From contig JAGWFT010000001.1 in assembly GCA_028867755.1 (NCBI GenBank), positions 164,727-228,726 of the forward strand: a DNA stretch of 64,000 nucleotides, written 5' to 3'. Below, piece after piece: positions 9,119 to 18,766 of this stretch. How positions within the stretch are numbered: position 1 is the stretch's first letter; the number at the start of each line of letters is the position of its first letter. The notes beneath the pieces were generated by a model. It was not told where the DNA came from and did no database searches. It saw only the letters and a list, made by a program, of their open reading frames with translations. This stretch comes from Nitrososphaerota archaeon. GTDB lineage: Archaea > Thermoproteota > Nitrososphaeria > Nitrososphaerales > Nitrosopumilaceae. A program made the position numbers and the translations under genes.

Positions 9119-9880
9119 AATAACTTTGGCTTTTCTATATCCATGACTAAAAGTTTTGTCATATAGTCTAGAATATTCATAATGTTTCGGGTTTACAATT
9201 TCTCCGATTATTATGATTGCAGTCTTTGTGATTTTTTCATCTCTGATTTTTTTTGCAATGTTTTCCAGTGTACCTTTTATCACTTTTTCATCATTCCAGC
9301 TTGCTCTATACACAACTGCGACTGGAGTTGACTTTGAATAGCCTCCCTTGATGGTTTCTTTTACAATATCAGATATGAGATGAACGCTAAGATAGAATAT
9401 CATGGTGGCTTTGTGCTTTGCAAGTTCTGAGATCTTCTCTCTTGTTGGTACTTTTGTTCGTGATTCAGCCCTTGTTACAATAATAGTTTGAGTGACGCCA
9501 GGCAAAGTTAGCTCACAGCCTAACACTGCAGCAGATGCAAGAAATGAGGTTATTCCAGGTACAACCTCAAACTCTATTCCTTCTTTTTTGAGATTGTCAG
9601 TTTGTTCTCGTATTGCACCATAGATTGAAGGGTCACCATCATGCAATCTTACAACTAATTTTCCTTTTAGTGCATTATCGTGTAGAATCTTAAAAATATC
9701 TTCTCTTACTAGTTTTGCAGCATCATATAGTTCTGCTTTTTTACAAAGCTTGACTATCTCAGGCGGGATCAATGAACCCGAATATACAACAACATCGGCT
9801 TTTTGGATTAGTTTTTTGGCCTTGACAGTGATGAGTTCTGGGTCACCGGGACCGCAGCCTACAAAGTATACTTTATGCAC
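9113..9880 (-). CDS. cbiF: Precorrin-4 C11-methyltransferase
   Basis: GCGPGDPELIT, YSGSL, RLHDGDPSIYGAIREQ and LTLPGVTQTIIVTR motifs. Confidence 0.93.
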   Translation of the reverse strand: MHKVYFVGCGPGDPELITVKAKKLIQKADVVVYSGSLIPPEIVKLCKKAELYDAAKLVREDIFKILHDNALKGKLVVRLHDGDPSIYGAIREQTDNLKKEGIEFEVVPGITSFLASAAVLGCELTLPGVTQTIIVTRAESRTKVPTREKISELAKHKATMIFYLSVHLISDIVKETIKGGYSKSTPVAVVYRASWNDEKVIKGTLENIAKKIRDEKITKTAIIIIGEIVNPKHYEYSRLYDKTFSHGYRKAKVIS

Positions 9881-10595
9881 GTTTTACCACCATGATTGAA
9901 AAATACTTGCTAGTCAGAGTGTCCTTTGTGACATCGCCTAGTGTTAGTTTCTTTACAATCTCTTCGTTTGTTCCTACGTCTTGTGCTATTGCAAAAAGCG
10001 AGCTGTCAGGAAAGCCAGCTTCCTTGAGTAGTATAATGACTTGATCAAAATATCTGCCATCTTTTAGAAATATCATAGTGTCACAGTTCTTTGCTGTCTC
10101 TTTTACTCTAGAAAGATCATAACATGCAGGTATCACTGCAACTGTTTCATCCCCTTCTGCTATACTGATTCCTACTTTGGAAGCAAAAGCAAACATGGAT
10201 ACTATTCCAGGAATTACTGTTATCTTGATTTCTGGATATTTTGACTTGAGTTCGCGTTGCAAGTAAATCCACGTGCTATATAGCGACGGATCTCCTACTG
10301 TAAGATATACAACGTTTTTTCCATCCTTTACTTTACTAGCTATTATGCGTGCATTGGTTTCCCATGTGTTCTCTAAGGTCTCTCTGTCCTTTACCATAGG
10401 AAATACCAAGTTTATGATATCAGGTTTTTTGGATTTGTCAATCAGTGATGATATTATAGAATATGCAATACTTTCTTTGCCTTCCCTTGAGGTAGGACAC
10501 ATGATTACGTCAGCGCTTTGAATGGCTTTCACTGCCTTTACGGTAAGAAGATCTGGATCTCCAGGACCACAGCCAACACATGTCAATTCTGTCAT
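9873..10595 (-). CDS. cbiL: Precorrin-2 C20-methyltransferase
   Basis: GCGPGDPDLLTVKA, LVFPM, LTVGDPSLYSTW and IPGIVS motifs; adjacent to cbiF. Confidence 0.9.
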   Translation of the reverse strand: MTELTCVGCGPGDPDLLTVKAVKAIQSADVIMCPTSREGKESIAYSIISSLIDKSKKPDIINLVFPMVKDRETLENTWETNARIIASKVKDGKNVVYLTVGDPSLYSTWIYLQRELKSKYPEIKITVIPGIVSMFAFASKVGISIAEGDETVAVIPACYDLSRVKETAKNCDTMIFLKDGRYFDQVIILLKEAGFPDSSLFAIAQDVGTNEEIVKKLTLGDVTKDTLTSKYFSIMVVKRA

Positions 10596-10723
10596 TTATA
10601 GAAAAACCGCCCACAGTACCTAATTAAAAGTTAGATTTCGACACACATAGGGATGAAATGAAGTTATGATATTTTTTGGAATCGTTACTGGATATACAGA
10701 TTTTAATTTTTATGATGTTATGT

Positions 10724-12604
10724 TCAACTTAGATTGGCTGCATTTTCTGCATGTACCCACGCGTCTCTGTAGTCATATATCGCTCTATGTAATTGACCTC
10801 TATGTGTATCCATCTTTCCTTTTTCTAGACCGTTAACTGCAATGTGAATTTCTCCCTCGATCTTCTTTATTATTTTTTTATCTGCATGGTGCGACTTGAG
10901 ATCCATGTAATGTGTCATTGCTGCCTTAATCTCATTGTGAGCAAGTGATTTGTCTATTCCAACCAGTTTGTAGACAATTGTATTTGCTGCACTTGCAAAG
11001 GCGGATGATATTTGTTGTGTCTTGAGGTTAGCAAGATCAGCATCATTAACACTATCATCTGCATCCTTCATGTCATGGTCATGTGACGGAGGTGCTCCTA
11101 TCAGCTTTTCCAGTTCATCCACAGCACCAGCTTCTTCATTGAAAACTTTTCTTCCCGTATTACTATTTAATGTATTTCCGTCAGCATTCCACAGATTTTT
11201 TGAAATACTATTTTGTATATGTAATGCTGTGCTGTCAAGAATTTTTAGTGTAGATTTATCAGTTATTCCAGATTCTAGATTTGTAATATCATTTGCTAAA
11301 GAACCCTTCTTTGTCTGTAATGTATTTGGTATTGATACTGTAAGTTGTGATACGCCTGCACTTGCAAGGTGTGAGGAGTCACCGCTGTATGTAGCAGTAA
11401 TTGAGATTGGGCCTACGTTAGATGGAGTGTAAGAAGTAGCGCACGAACCTGTTGATAGAGTACATGTTGGAGGATTGAATGTTCCTAAAGCATCATTATC
11501 ACTGAATGTTATTGTTCCACCAAGCGTGGATGATGGTGAATTTGTATCCGTGACAGTAACAGTATATTTTATCGTTTGACCAAGTACAATAGAAGATGGA
11601 TTGGGTGATGCTGAGGTAGTTGTTGAATCTAGTGAATTTGATCCGTCGTTTATTACGGAAACTGTACCGTCATTTTGATTGGTAACAAAGACCTCGCCTT
11701 TTGCAGAATCATATGCTATATCAGTAGGATTATTTCCTACTGTGATTGTATTAGTTACTGAGTTTGATACGTCGTTTATTACGGAAACTGTACCGTCATT
11801 TGAATTGGCAACAAAGACCTCGCCTTTTGCAGAATCATATGCTATATCAGTAGGATTATTTCCTACTGTGATTGTATTAGTTACTGAGTTTGATACGTCG
11901 TTTATTACGGAAACTGTACCGTCACCTCCGTTTGGAACGAAAACCTCGCCTTTTGCAGAATCATATGCAATTTCACCAGGACTATTTCCTACTGTGATTG
12001 TATTAGTTACTGAGTTTGATACGTCGTTTATTACGGAAACTGTACCGTCACCTCCGTTTGTAACAAAGACCTCGCCTTTTGCAGAATCATATGCTATGCC
12101 AAAAGGCATGCTTCCTACTGTGATTGTATTAGTTACTGAGTTTGATACGTCGTTTATTACGGAAACTGTACCGTCATTTGAATTGACAACAAAGACCTCG
12201 CCTTTTGCAGAATCATATGCAATTTCACCAGGACTATTCCCTACTGTGATTGTATTAGTTACTGAGTTTGATACGTCGTTTATTACGGAAACTGTACCGT
12301 TACCTCCGTTTGGAACAAAGACCTCGCCTTTTGCAGAATCATATGCTATGCCAAAAGGAAAAGAGCCTACTGTGATTGTATTAGTTACTGAGTTTGATAC
12401 GTCGTTTATTACGGAAACTGTACCGTCATTTGAATTGGCAACAAAGACCTCGCCTTTTGCAGAATCATATACTGCACCAAAAGGCATACTTCCTACTGTG
12501 ATTGTAACAATAGGCGATGCCGCAAATGACTGATGTATGTCAATAAAAAGAAAACTAGATGCAACAAACAACACCAGAATAAAAATAGATTTAGAATGTA
12601 GCAT
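10724..12604 (-). CDS. Secreted YVTN-type 7-bladed beta-propeller protein with Ig-like (Big_3-like) domain and helical C-terminus
   Basis: Signal peptide; 7 x 42-aa repeats (ITVG..P..IAYDSAKGEVFV.N....TVSVIND); STTTSASPNPSSIVLGQTIKYTVTV Ig-like segment. Confidence 0.88.
   Translation of the reverse strand: MLHSKSIFILVLFVASSFLFIDIHQSFAASPIVTITVGSMPFGAVYDSAKGEVFVANSNDGTVSVINDVSNSVTNTITVGSFPFGIAYDSAKGEVFVPNGGNGTVSVINDVSNSVTNTITVGNSPGEIAYDSAKGEVFVVNSNDGTVSVINDVSNSVTNTITVGSMPFGIAYDSAKGEVFVTNGGDGTVSVINDVSNSVTNTITVGNSPGEIAYDSAKGEVFVPNGGDGTVSVINDVSNSVTNTITVGNNPTDIAYDSAKGEVFVANSNDGTVSVINDVSNSVTNTITVGNNPTDIAYDSAKGEVFVTNQNDGTVSVINDGSNSLDSTTTSASPNPSSIVLGQTIKYTVTVTDTNSPSSTLGGTITFSDNDALGTFNPPTCTLSTGSCATSYTPSNVGPISITATYSGDSSHLASAGVSQLTVSIPNTLQTKKGSLANDITNLESGITDKSTLKILDSTALHIQNSISKNLWNADGNTLNSNTGRKVFNEEAGAVDELEKLIGAPPSHDHDMKDADDSVNDADLANLKTQQISSAFASAANTIVYKLVGIDKSLAHNEIKAAMTHYMDLKSHHADKKIIKKIEGEIHIAVNGLEKGKMDTHRGQLHRAIYDYRDAWVHAENAANLS
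11641..12520. repeat. 126-bp near-identical tandem repeat x7
   Basis: gtcgtttattacggaaactgtaccgt recurs at 11645, 11771, 11897, 12023, 12149, 12275 and 12401. Confidence 0.95.
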
Positions 12605-12898
12605 CTATGTCACAATTTTCCAATTAGCACAATGTGACAAACAATAATACGAAATGAAAAATGATCTGTTCATTGGTTTTCTAGGATCTGTTCCAGGCAT
12701 GAGATATAAAAACCTTGAAAAAGTTTTTTCTGTTACACAATTAAAAATCAAATTTTGATTATTTCAGAATTTAACAATACAGATTATGTGATTCAGTAAT
12801 TTGTTGCTACACAAATAAAAAAATAGATCTCCTTTTTCTTATATTGTTAATTCATATTTCCAGTATTTGGAGAATAGCAAATTATTTTAGATAAATCA

Positions 12899-13489
12899 CT
12901 ATATTTTTGTTGCAGATATTATGGTGACTGGATTTCTAGCAAGCATCATTGTACCAGTAGATGTCTTGCGACTTTTTGATATTGTAACCTGAGTAATGTC
13001 AACAGACGAAAACTTGAGTTTTTCCATAACTGAAAGCACGGAATAAAGAGTCTCAATCAATATAGTACCAATTACTATACGTCCTCCTTGTTTCAGCTTA
13101 CCTTCACAGAGTTTTAGTATTTCAGATGTCTCCCCACTTGTTCCTCCTATGAAAATGGTATCAGCTAAAGGGAGCTCTGAAATTTTTTCCAATGCATTTC
13201 CCAGAATTACTGTAACATTTGAGACCCCAAATTTATCCAAGTTCTTCTTTGTGAGTTCTACTGCTTTTGGATCAAAGTCAACTGCAAAAATTTTCCCTGA
13301 CAGACCTATTTGATAGGCTGCCTCTACAGATACAGATCCACTACCACATCCTATATCATAGACTGTTTGGCTTTCAGAGAGTCTGCCTTTACTAATTTGT
13401 ACTACACGTATCTCTTCTTTTGTAATTGGTACTTCTTCTATTCTCTCAAATAGCTCATCTGGAATACCAAAAGTTCGGTGTTTCCACAT
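12899..13489 (-). CDS. cbiT: Precorrin-6B C15-methyltransferase (decarboxylating)
   Basis: GIPDELF..PITKEEIR, DIGCGSGSVSVE, FIGG and ARNPV motifs. Confidence 0.92.
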   Translation of the reverse strand: MWKHRTFGIPDELFERIEEVPITKEEIRVVQISKGRLSESQTVYDIGCGSGSVSVEAAYQIGLSGKIFAVDFDPKAVELTKKNLDKFGVSNVTVILGNALEKISELPLADTIFIGGTSGETSEILKLCEGKLKQGGRIVIGTILIETLYSVLSVMEKLKFSSVDITQVTISKSRKTSTGTMMLARNPVTIISATKI

Positions 13490-13666
13490 CCGACTTTATA
13501 AAATCCTATTTGATATTTAGTGGTACCTAATGGGTTCTGTCAGATCTACAGTTGATCATATCATATCGAGACTAACTTGTTTCCATAGGCTCCAAGGATT
13601 AATGGCTGTAAGTTCTCCACGTTCCTGTTCATCGCGGTTCTATTCCCGCAGATTGGGCAGAACCAC

Positions 13667-14110
13667 TTAATGTACAGTCATGATACCGCTGATATCAGAG
13701 TGTATGAGTGTATTTATTAGAATCCAGCTGAATATGAACATCAGAAAATAGCTTCCAATACCAGTCATGATAAGTTTTCTCTTATCAGACAACGGCAATG
13801 GAACTCTTAGTGCCTTTGCTATTCCATATGATATAATAAATAACACAATTACAATTCCCAATCCTGTATATGCCCTTTCGTGAGCATGCAACATGGTATT
13901 TCCAATTATAGCAGAAATAGTTCCGGCTAGTATGCCCAAGCCTACACGTAACCAAAATACCTTGTCAAGGCCTCTCTTTATCTTGGATTCATCAGTATCT
14001 GTCTTAGGTACCTCTGGAGGCATGTCCTTTGCAGAATTGTCATTTGGCTCTGGTTTCTTATCGTTATCTTTGCCCTTTGGATGTCTTACCAAGTAAATTT
14101 TCAAACTCAC
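13667..14110 (-). CDS. Small membrane protein (3 TM), possibly EMC6-like archaeal family
   Basis: DKVFWLRVGLGILAG and GIGSYFLMFIFSWIL hydrophobic segments; family assignment from memory only. Confidence 0.6.
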   Translation of the reverse strand: MSLKIYLVRHPKGKDNDKKPEPNDNSAKDMPPEVPKTDTDESKIKRGLDKVFWLRVGLGILAGTISAIIGNTMLHAHERAYTGLGIVIVLFIISYGIAKALRVPLPLSDKRKLIMTGIGSYFLMFIFSWILINTLIHSDISGIMTVH

Positions 14111-14188
14111 TCAGTTAGTTCCCGTTTAAAATGTTTGGCTAAAACCCCAAATAGGAAGAGTATAATTTTGGCGTGATAGCATCTCATT

Positions 14189-16117
14189 ATGACGCTTGCA
14201 GGAATTGAACTGTGTTATCTGGTAAACGAGATAGTCAGTAAGACAAAGGATTACTATGTTAGTAACATTTACGGTATAACTCGTAATAGTCTTCTGTTCA
14301 AACTACATCACCCTGAAAAACCAGATCTCTTGCTCATGTTTTCTACATTTGGACTTTGGATTACTAATGTAAAGATAAGTCAGATGGAGGAGAATAGACT
14401 AGTGAAGAGACTTAGAAATGATCTTCTTCGCGCCAGAATTATTAACGTTGAACAAATTGGCAGTGAAAGAATAGTCCAAGTTACATTTAGCGGTTTCAAC
14501 CAAGAATTTGTTCTGATTGGGGAGTTTTTTGGTGATGGTAACATACTTTTGTGCAATAAAGAGATGAAGATCTTGTCGCTTCTTCATTCAATTGATGTAA
14601 GACATAGAAGGTTGGGAGTCGGCCTAACATATGTTCCTCCACCGTCAAGTGGTCTTGATATTTTTAAAGTAACACAAAAAGATCTTGAAGAGATTAGATC
14701 TGCATCTACTGCAACGATCAGGTGGGTTGGCAGGACTCTTGGATTACCCTCCAAATATGCCGAGGAGATAACAAAGAGATCCAATGTAGATAGCCAGAGA
14801 TTGGGAAATACATTGTCTAGTGAAGAAGTTACCAAGATATATCAAGCAACAAGGGAGATAATTGAAAAAGTTGTCAATGGAAAACATGATCCATGCATTG
14901 TTCGCGATGACAAGGGAGCAGATGTGCATCCCATACCGCTTGGAGATGTTTCACAAAAAAATGTTAGTAAAGTATCTAGTTTTATGGAAGGATTGGATTC
15001 ATTGTTTTCTGAAAATCTTCTAGAACAGGGAAAGACATCACAAACTGATACCGTAAGCCAAAAGATAATTGAAATGGAGCATAAACTTGAGGAACAAAAC
15101 AAGGCAATATCATTAGTTAAACAAAGAGCCGAATCAATATCCAAGGTTGCCAAAGCTCTTTTTGGTTTGGCATCAGTTGGAGTTACATCTATTGAGGATT
15201 CAAGAGTTCCATCACTATTGCAAGAACACAATTCCTCTCTGATAAGAGAAAGTGGCATACTAATGATAAATGTCGAGGAAGATAAAGTGAAGATCAACCC
15301 AGAATCATCAATTCAAGCCATAGCCTCTATCTTGTTTAACGAATCAAAACGGCAATTAAAAGCAATTGAGACAATAGGGTCAGAAAAGATCAAGACAGAA
15401 AAAAACTTGGATGCATTCAGAAAACAGGCCATCATTACACAAAATTCTATTGTTTTTGCAATACAGAAAAAGAGAGAATGGTATGAAAGATACAGATGGT
15501 TTTTCACTTCAGATGGACTTTTAGCAATTGGGGGACGAGATGCATCTTCCAATTCTTCGGTAATAAGAAAACATCTAGGCAAAGATGACAGAGTCTTTCA
15601 CGCAGAAATAGTAGGATCACCATTTTTTATCCTAAAGGATAGTGAAGATAACATTGCATCAAGCATAACTGAAGTGGCACAAGCCACAGTCTGTTTTAGC
15701 AGGGCTTGGAGAGAAGGACTATACGGATTAAATGCCTACTGGGTAAAACCAGATCAGATAAAGATGGGAGCACCCACGGGTCAATTTCTTGCAAAGGGAG
15801 CATTTCCAATAGAAGGTACTAGAAACTTTGTTCAAGTTTCAAACTTGCAACTAGCCATAGGGTTGTATCAAAAAGATGACAGTTATACGATCATGTGCGG
15901 CCCACTACCAGCAGTGAAGATAAGATGCTTGTTTTATGTAATTATAGAACCATCAGGAACTGACATGACGGATCTTGCAAAAAAGATAAGATTAGAATTT
16001 CTAAAACTTGCAGAAAATCAAGATGTTGTTAAAGCATTTAATATTGATGATTTTATACGTGCACTTCCTGCTGGCGATAGCCACATAGTAGAATCAGGTA
16101 TTGGTCAAGGATATTGA
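14189..16117 (+). CDS. rqcH: Ribosome quality control NFACT protein (Rqc2/RqcH/NEMF)
   Basis: ERIVQV..LIGEFFGDGNILL; WYERYRWFFTSDGLLAIGGRDASSN NFACT-R motif. Confidence 0.92.
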   Translation: MTLAGIELCYLVNEIVSKTKDYYVSNIYGITRNSLLFKLHHPEKPDLLLMFSTFGLWITNVKISQMEENRLVKRLRNDLLRARIINVEQIGSERIVQVTFSGFNQEFVLIGEFFGDGNILLCNKEMKILSLLHSIDVRHRRLGVGLTYVPPPSSGLDIFKVTQKDLEEIRSASTATIRWVGRTLGLPSKYAEEITKRSNVDSQRLGNTLSSEEVTKIYQATREIIEKVVNGKHDPCIVRDDKGADVHPIPLGDVSQKNVSKVSSFMEGLDSLFSENLLEQGKTSQTDTVSQKIIEMEHKLEEQNKAISLVKQRAESISKVAKALFGLASVGVTSIEDSRVPSLLQEHNSSLIRESGILMINVEEDKVKINPESSIQAIASILFNESKRQLKAIETIGSEKIKTEKNLDAFRKQAIITQNSIVFAIQKKREWYERYRWFFTSDGLLAIGGRDASSNSSVIRKHLGKDDRVFHAEIVGSPFFILKDSEDNIASSITEVAQATVCFSRAWREGLYGLNAYWVKPDQIKMGAPTGQFLAKGAFPIEGTRNFVQVSNLQLAIGLYQKDDSYTIMCGPLPAVKIRCLFYVIIEPSGTDMTDLAKKIRLEFLKLAENQDVVKAFNIDDFIRALPAGDSHIVESGIGQGY

Positions 16118-16602
16118 GTACACATAAACCTAGTTTTGTAGTTGATGCAATGCTTGGAAATTTGGCAAGAAAGTTGCGTATTCTTGGCTATGATTCTAAA
16201 TACGAGTCTTCAATTGAAGATTCAGATTTAATCAAGATTGCAGATAAACAAAGACGTATCATAGTTACAAAAGATGAGAATCTTTCTAAAAATGCCGAAA
16301 AAGTAAACGTTACGACAGTCCTCATTAGAGGAAATGATGAAATTGAACAGATCATCCAGATTGCAAAAAAAATCGGTCTTTCAAATTTTGTACTTGATAC
16401 CAACTCTTCAAGATGCGTCAATTGTAATGGAAAAATTGAAGCAATTGATAAAATAAGGATCATGGAAAAGGTTCCTCTTGGAATTTATGAAAGGCAAGAA
16501 AAATTTTGGGTTTGTAATGATTGCAAGAAAATTTATTGGGAAGGAACTCATCTTGAAAAACTACAAGAGTTTGTGCAGAGATTGAATCATAGATTGGAAT
16601 GA
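16114..16602 (+). CDS. Mut7-C RNase (PIN-like) domain protein
   Basis: FVVDAMLGNLARKLRILGYD; RCVNCNG..CNDCKKIYWEGTH zinc ribbon. Confidence 0.9.
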   Translation: MSTHKPSFVVDAMLGNLARKLRILGYDSKYESSIEDSDLIKIADKQRRIIVTKDENLSKNAEKVNVTTVLIRGNDEIEQIIQIAKKIGLSNFVLDTNSSRCVNCNGKIEAIDKIRIMEKVPLGIYERQEKFWVCNDCKKIYWEGTHLEKLQEFVQRLNHRLE

Positions 16603-17201
16603 ATCCCATATCTGATTATGATGGAGAAGTGCTTGTCAGAACAGCTAGAACAGCTGTTACAGAGTATCTCAAAACTGGGAAAAGGATGGAACTTTCAGGC
16701 GAGATCAAATCAAGATTTTCTTTCAACTCTGGAATATTTGTAACTCTTAACAAGGATAAAGATCTCAGAGGATGCATTGGATTTCCTACCCCCGATAGAA
16801 AGCTATACCAATCTCTCTTGGATGCAGCAATAGCATCAGCAACAGAAGATCCAAGATTCCCACCTGTAAAACATGACGAGTTGACCAAGATTTCCTTTGA
16901 GGTAACTGTTTTGACTCCGCCAGAGGTAATAAAAGTACAAAACCCTTCTGAATATCCAAAAGTGATCAAGGTTGGAAGAGACGGGCTTGTTGTAAGATGG
17001 GAGTTTGGTTCTGGGCTTTTACTTCCCCAAGTGCCTGTTGAATATAGATGGAATGAAGAGGAGTTTCTTTCTCACACTTGCCAGAAGGCAGGTGCACCTA
17101 AAGATTGCTGGAAACAAAAGAGCACCATGGTTTTACGATTTGAGGGAATTGTGTTCAAAGAAACAAATCCCAATGGTTCCGTAATACGAGTTAATCTATA
17201 G
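16599..17201 (+). CDS. AMMECR1 domain protein
   Basis: GIFVTLNK..LRGCIG; ATEDPRFPPV; GLLLPQVPVE; CQKAG motifs. Confidence 0.93.
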   Translation: MNPISDYDGEVLVRTARTAVTEYLKTGKRMELSGEIKSRFSFNSGIFVTLNKDKDLRGCIGFPTPDRKLYQSLLDAAIASATEDPRFPPVKHDELTKISFEVTVLTPPEVIKVQNPSEYPKVIKVGRDGLVVRWEFGSGLLLPQVPVEYRWNEEEFLSHTCQKAGAPKDCWKQKSTMVLRFEGIVFKETNPNGSVIRVNL

Positions 17202-17579
17202 AATTTTTCCTTCTATTGCGTCAACAAGAATTTCTTGACCTTCTTTTAATGATTCGTAGTCTTTTTTTTCTGCAACAACCAGTGGAATGTTTGAGATTGC
17301 ACACCCCGATGCTGTCGTGATATCTGCCTTGAGGCATATTATTGCAAGTGGTGCACATTTGTTGTATTTCAGTGAGTAAATTGTGTATGCACCTACGCTA
17401 CTACCTATACCTTTTGGAAAGACAAGAATCTTGCCTCCTACAAATTTGTCAAAGAGATCATGATTTTCATCTCGTATCCTTCCTGTCAACTTGTCTACAC
17501 CCCCAAGGAAATTCACTGGGTTTTCTGCGCAAAGTACAGTACCTTTTGCTTTTCCCCTAACGATTATCTTGACATTCAT
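17196..17579 (-). CDS. Phosphomevalonate dehydratase small subunit (AcnX swivel domain, DUF126)
   Basis: VNFLGGVD..TG and GKILVFPKGIGSSVGAY motifs; paired with the large subunit. Confidence 0.88.
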   Translation of the reverse strand: MNVKIIVRGKAKGTVLCAENPVNFLGGVDKLTGRIRDENHDLFDKFVGGKILVFPKGIGSSVGAYTIYSLKYNKCAPLAIICLKADITTASGCAISNIPLVVAEKKDYESLKEGQEILVDAIEGKIL

Positions 17580-18733
17580 TTTGTTTCCTCTTGAATAATT
17601 TGATCAAGATTTTTTAGATTGACATCTACACCGTTTGATGTTCTCAGATAATATGCTCCCTTGACACTATTTGTAATAACAGAATCAACATCTTCTTTGT
17701 CTACAAGCGGAGTCAAACATATACAGCAATCATAGAGTATTTCTGCACCAACTCGGTTTAGCTCTTTGTCATGACCTAGATTTCTAATCTGTCCTTGTAT
17801 AGCGCGCGGGCAGAAAATCATGCAACGTTTTCTAAATGATCGTCCTTTTAGTTTAGTTGTCAGATCTGATATTTCCTCCAGTCCAAGTTGTGGACTTCCT
17901 AGTGCGATAACATCTCCTGATTCTGCCGTATTGAGTTCGTCTTTGACATTGTTCATTTCTTTATCATCAAAGTCTATCTTTTCTCCCTTTTTCCCTTCTC
18001 CAAAAGTAAACATGCCACAGCTTCCAGATGTTCCCATTCCTGCGCATAATGATTTACAGCTACGTCTGTCTAGTTCTTTTACACCAGATATGGCAACTGA
18101 GCTTCCTGCCTCCTTTCCCGCAAAATATCCCAACAAACCGTATGTCAATTCATCTTTCTGTTTGGCCTTCATTCGTATGGTAAGATTTGGTTTTCTACTT
18201 TCATCATCTCGCAAATCAGAATAGATACTCTTTCCAGTGAGTGCACTTGCTAGTGCACTGAATGCACTTTCTTTGTTAGTTTTTAGAGTAGAAATTGAAT
18301 TTGCATAAATGGCAGCGTTACTTTCTGCAAAAGATACTTGGGTGCCTTTTTTTGGGAGCTCAAAGATTTCATATGGTATGCAAGAAAAAGATGGTATTGC
18401 ACCCATCTTCTCATATGATTGTCTGATGCTCTGTTGTTTTTTGATAAATTCCTCATCAAGTTCAAACTTTGAAACACTATCAGAATCAAATCCCATTGGG
18501 TTTACAGTAGTTTTTATCTTAAATTTTGCATCTTTACTAAGATGTGAGAGAAATGCTTCACCTGCGTTTCCAATAGTATTATAATTAACTCCTGACAGAT
18601 GTGCCCATTCAACTGGAATAAGTTTGTCTGCTCCAGTAGCTTCTCCTATTGCCACAAGAATTCGATATGCTAGTGCAAGAGTTTCTCCATGTTTTCCATC
18701 AAGTGCTGCTGACTCTTCTTTTGTTAGCTCCAA
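17576..18733 (-). CDS. Phosphomevalonate dehydratase large subunit (AcnX catalytic, DUF521)
   Basis: AHLSGVNY, SCIPY, AESNAAIYANS, GSPQL, CCICLTP and TNSVKGAYY motifs. Confidence 0.88.
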   Translation of the reverse strand: MELTKEESAALDGKHGETLALAYRILVAIGEATGADKLIPVEWAHLSGVNYNTIGNAGEAFLSHLSKDAKFKIKTTVNPMGFDSDSVSKFELDEEFIKKQQSIRQSYEKMGAIPSFSCIPYEIFELPKKGTQVSFAESNAAIYANSISTLKTNKESAFSALASALTGKSIYSDLRDDESRKPNLTIRMKAKQKDELTYGLLGYFAGKEAGSSVAISGVKELDRRSCKSLCAGMGTSGSCGMFTFGEGKKGEKIDFDDKEMNNVKDELNTAESGDVIALGSPQLGLEEISDLTTKLKGRSFRKRCMIFCPRAIQGQIRNLGHDKELNRVGAEILYDCCICLTPLVDKEDVDSVITNSVKGAYYLRTSNGVDVNLKNLDQIIQEETK

Positions 18734-18766
18734 TATTACGATCTTGTTATAACAGATATAATACTT

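Noticed and set aside
13553-13666. Cobalamin riboswitch upstream of cbiT
   Set aside because: The T-loop hairpin after GGGAA and the B12-box consensus are missing, and cbiT has its own TATA-like box ~25-30 nt upstream of its ATG.
13545-13680. Frame reading WFCPICGNR on the minus strand (CPxCG-like microprotein)
   Set aside because: There is only one CxxC and no ATG/GTG/TTG start before it; the region is better explained as an RNA hairpin.
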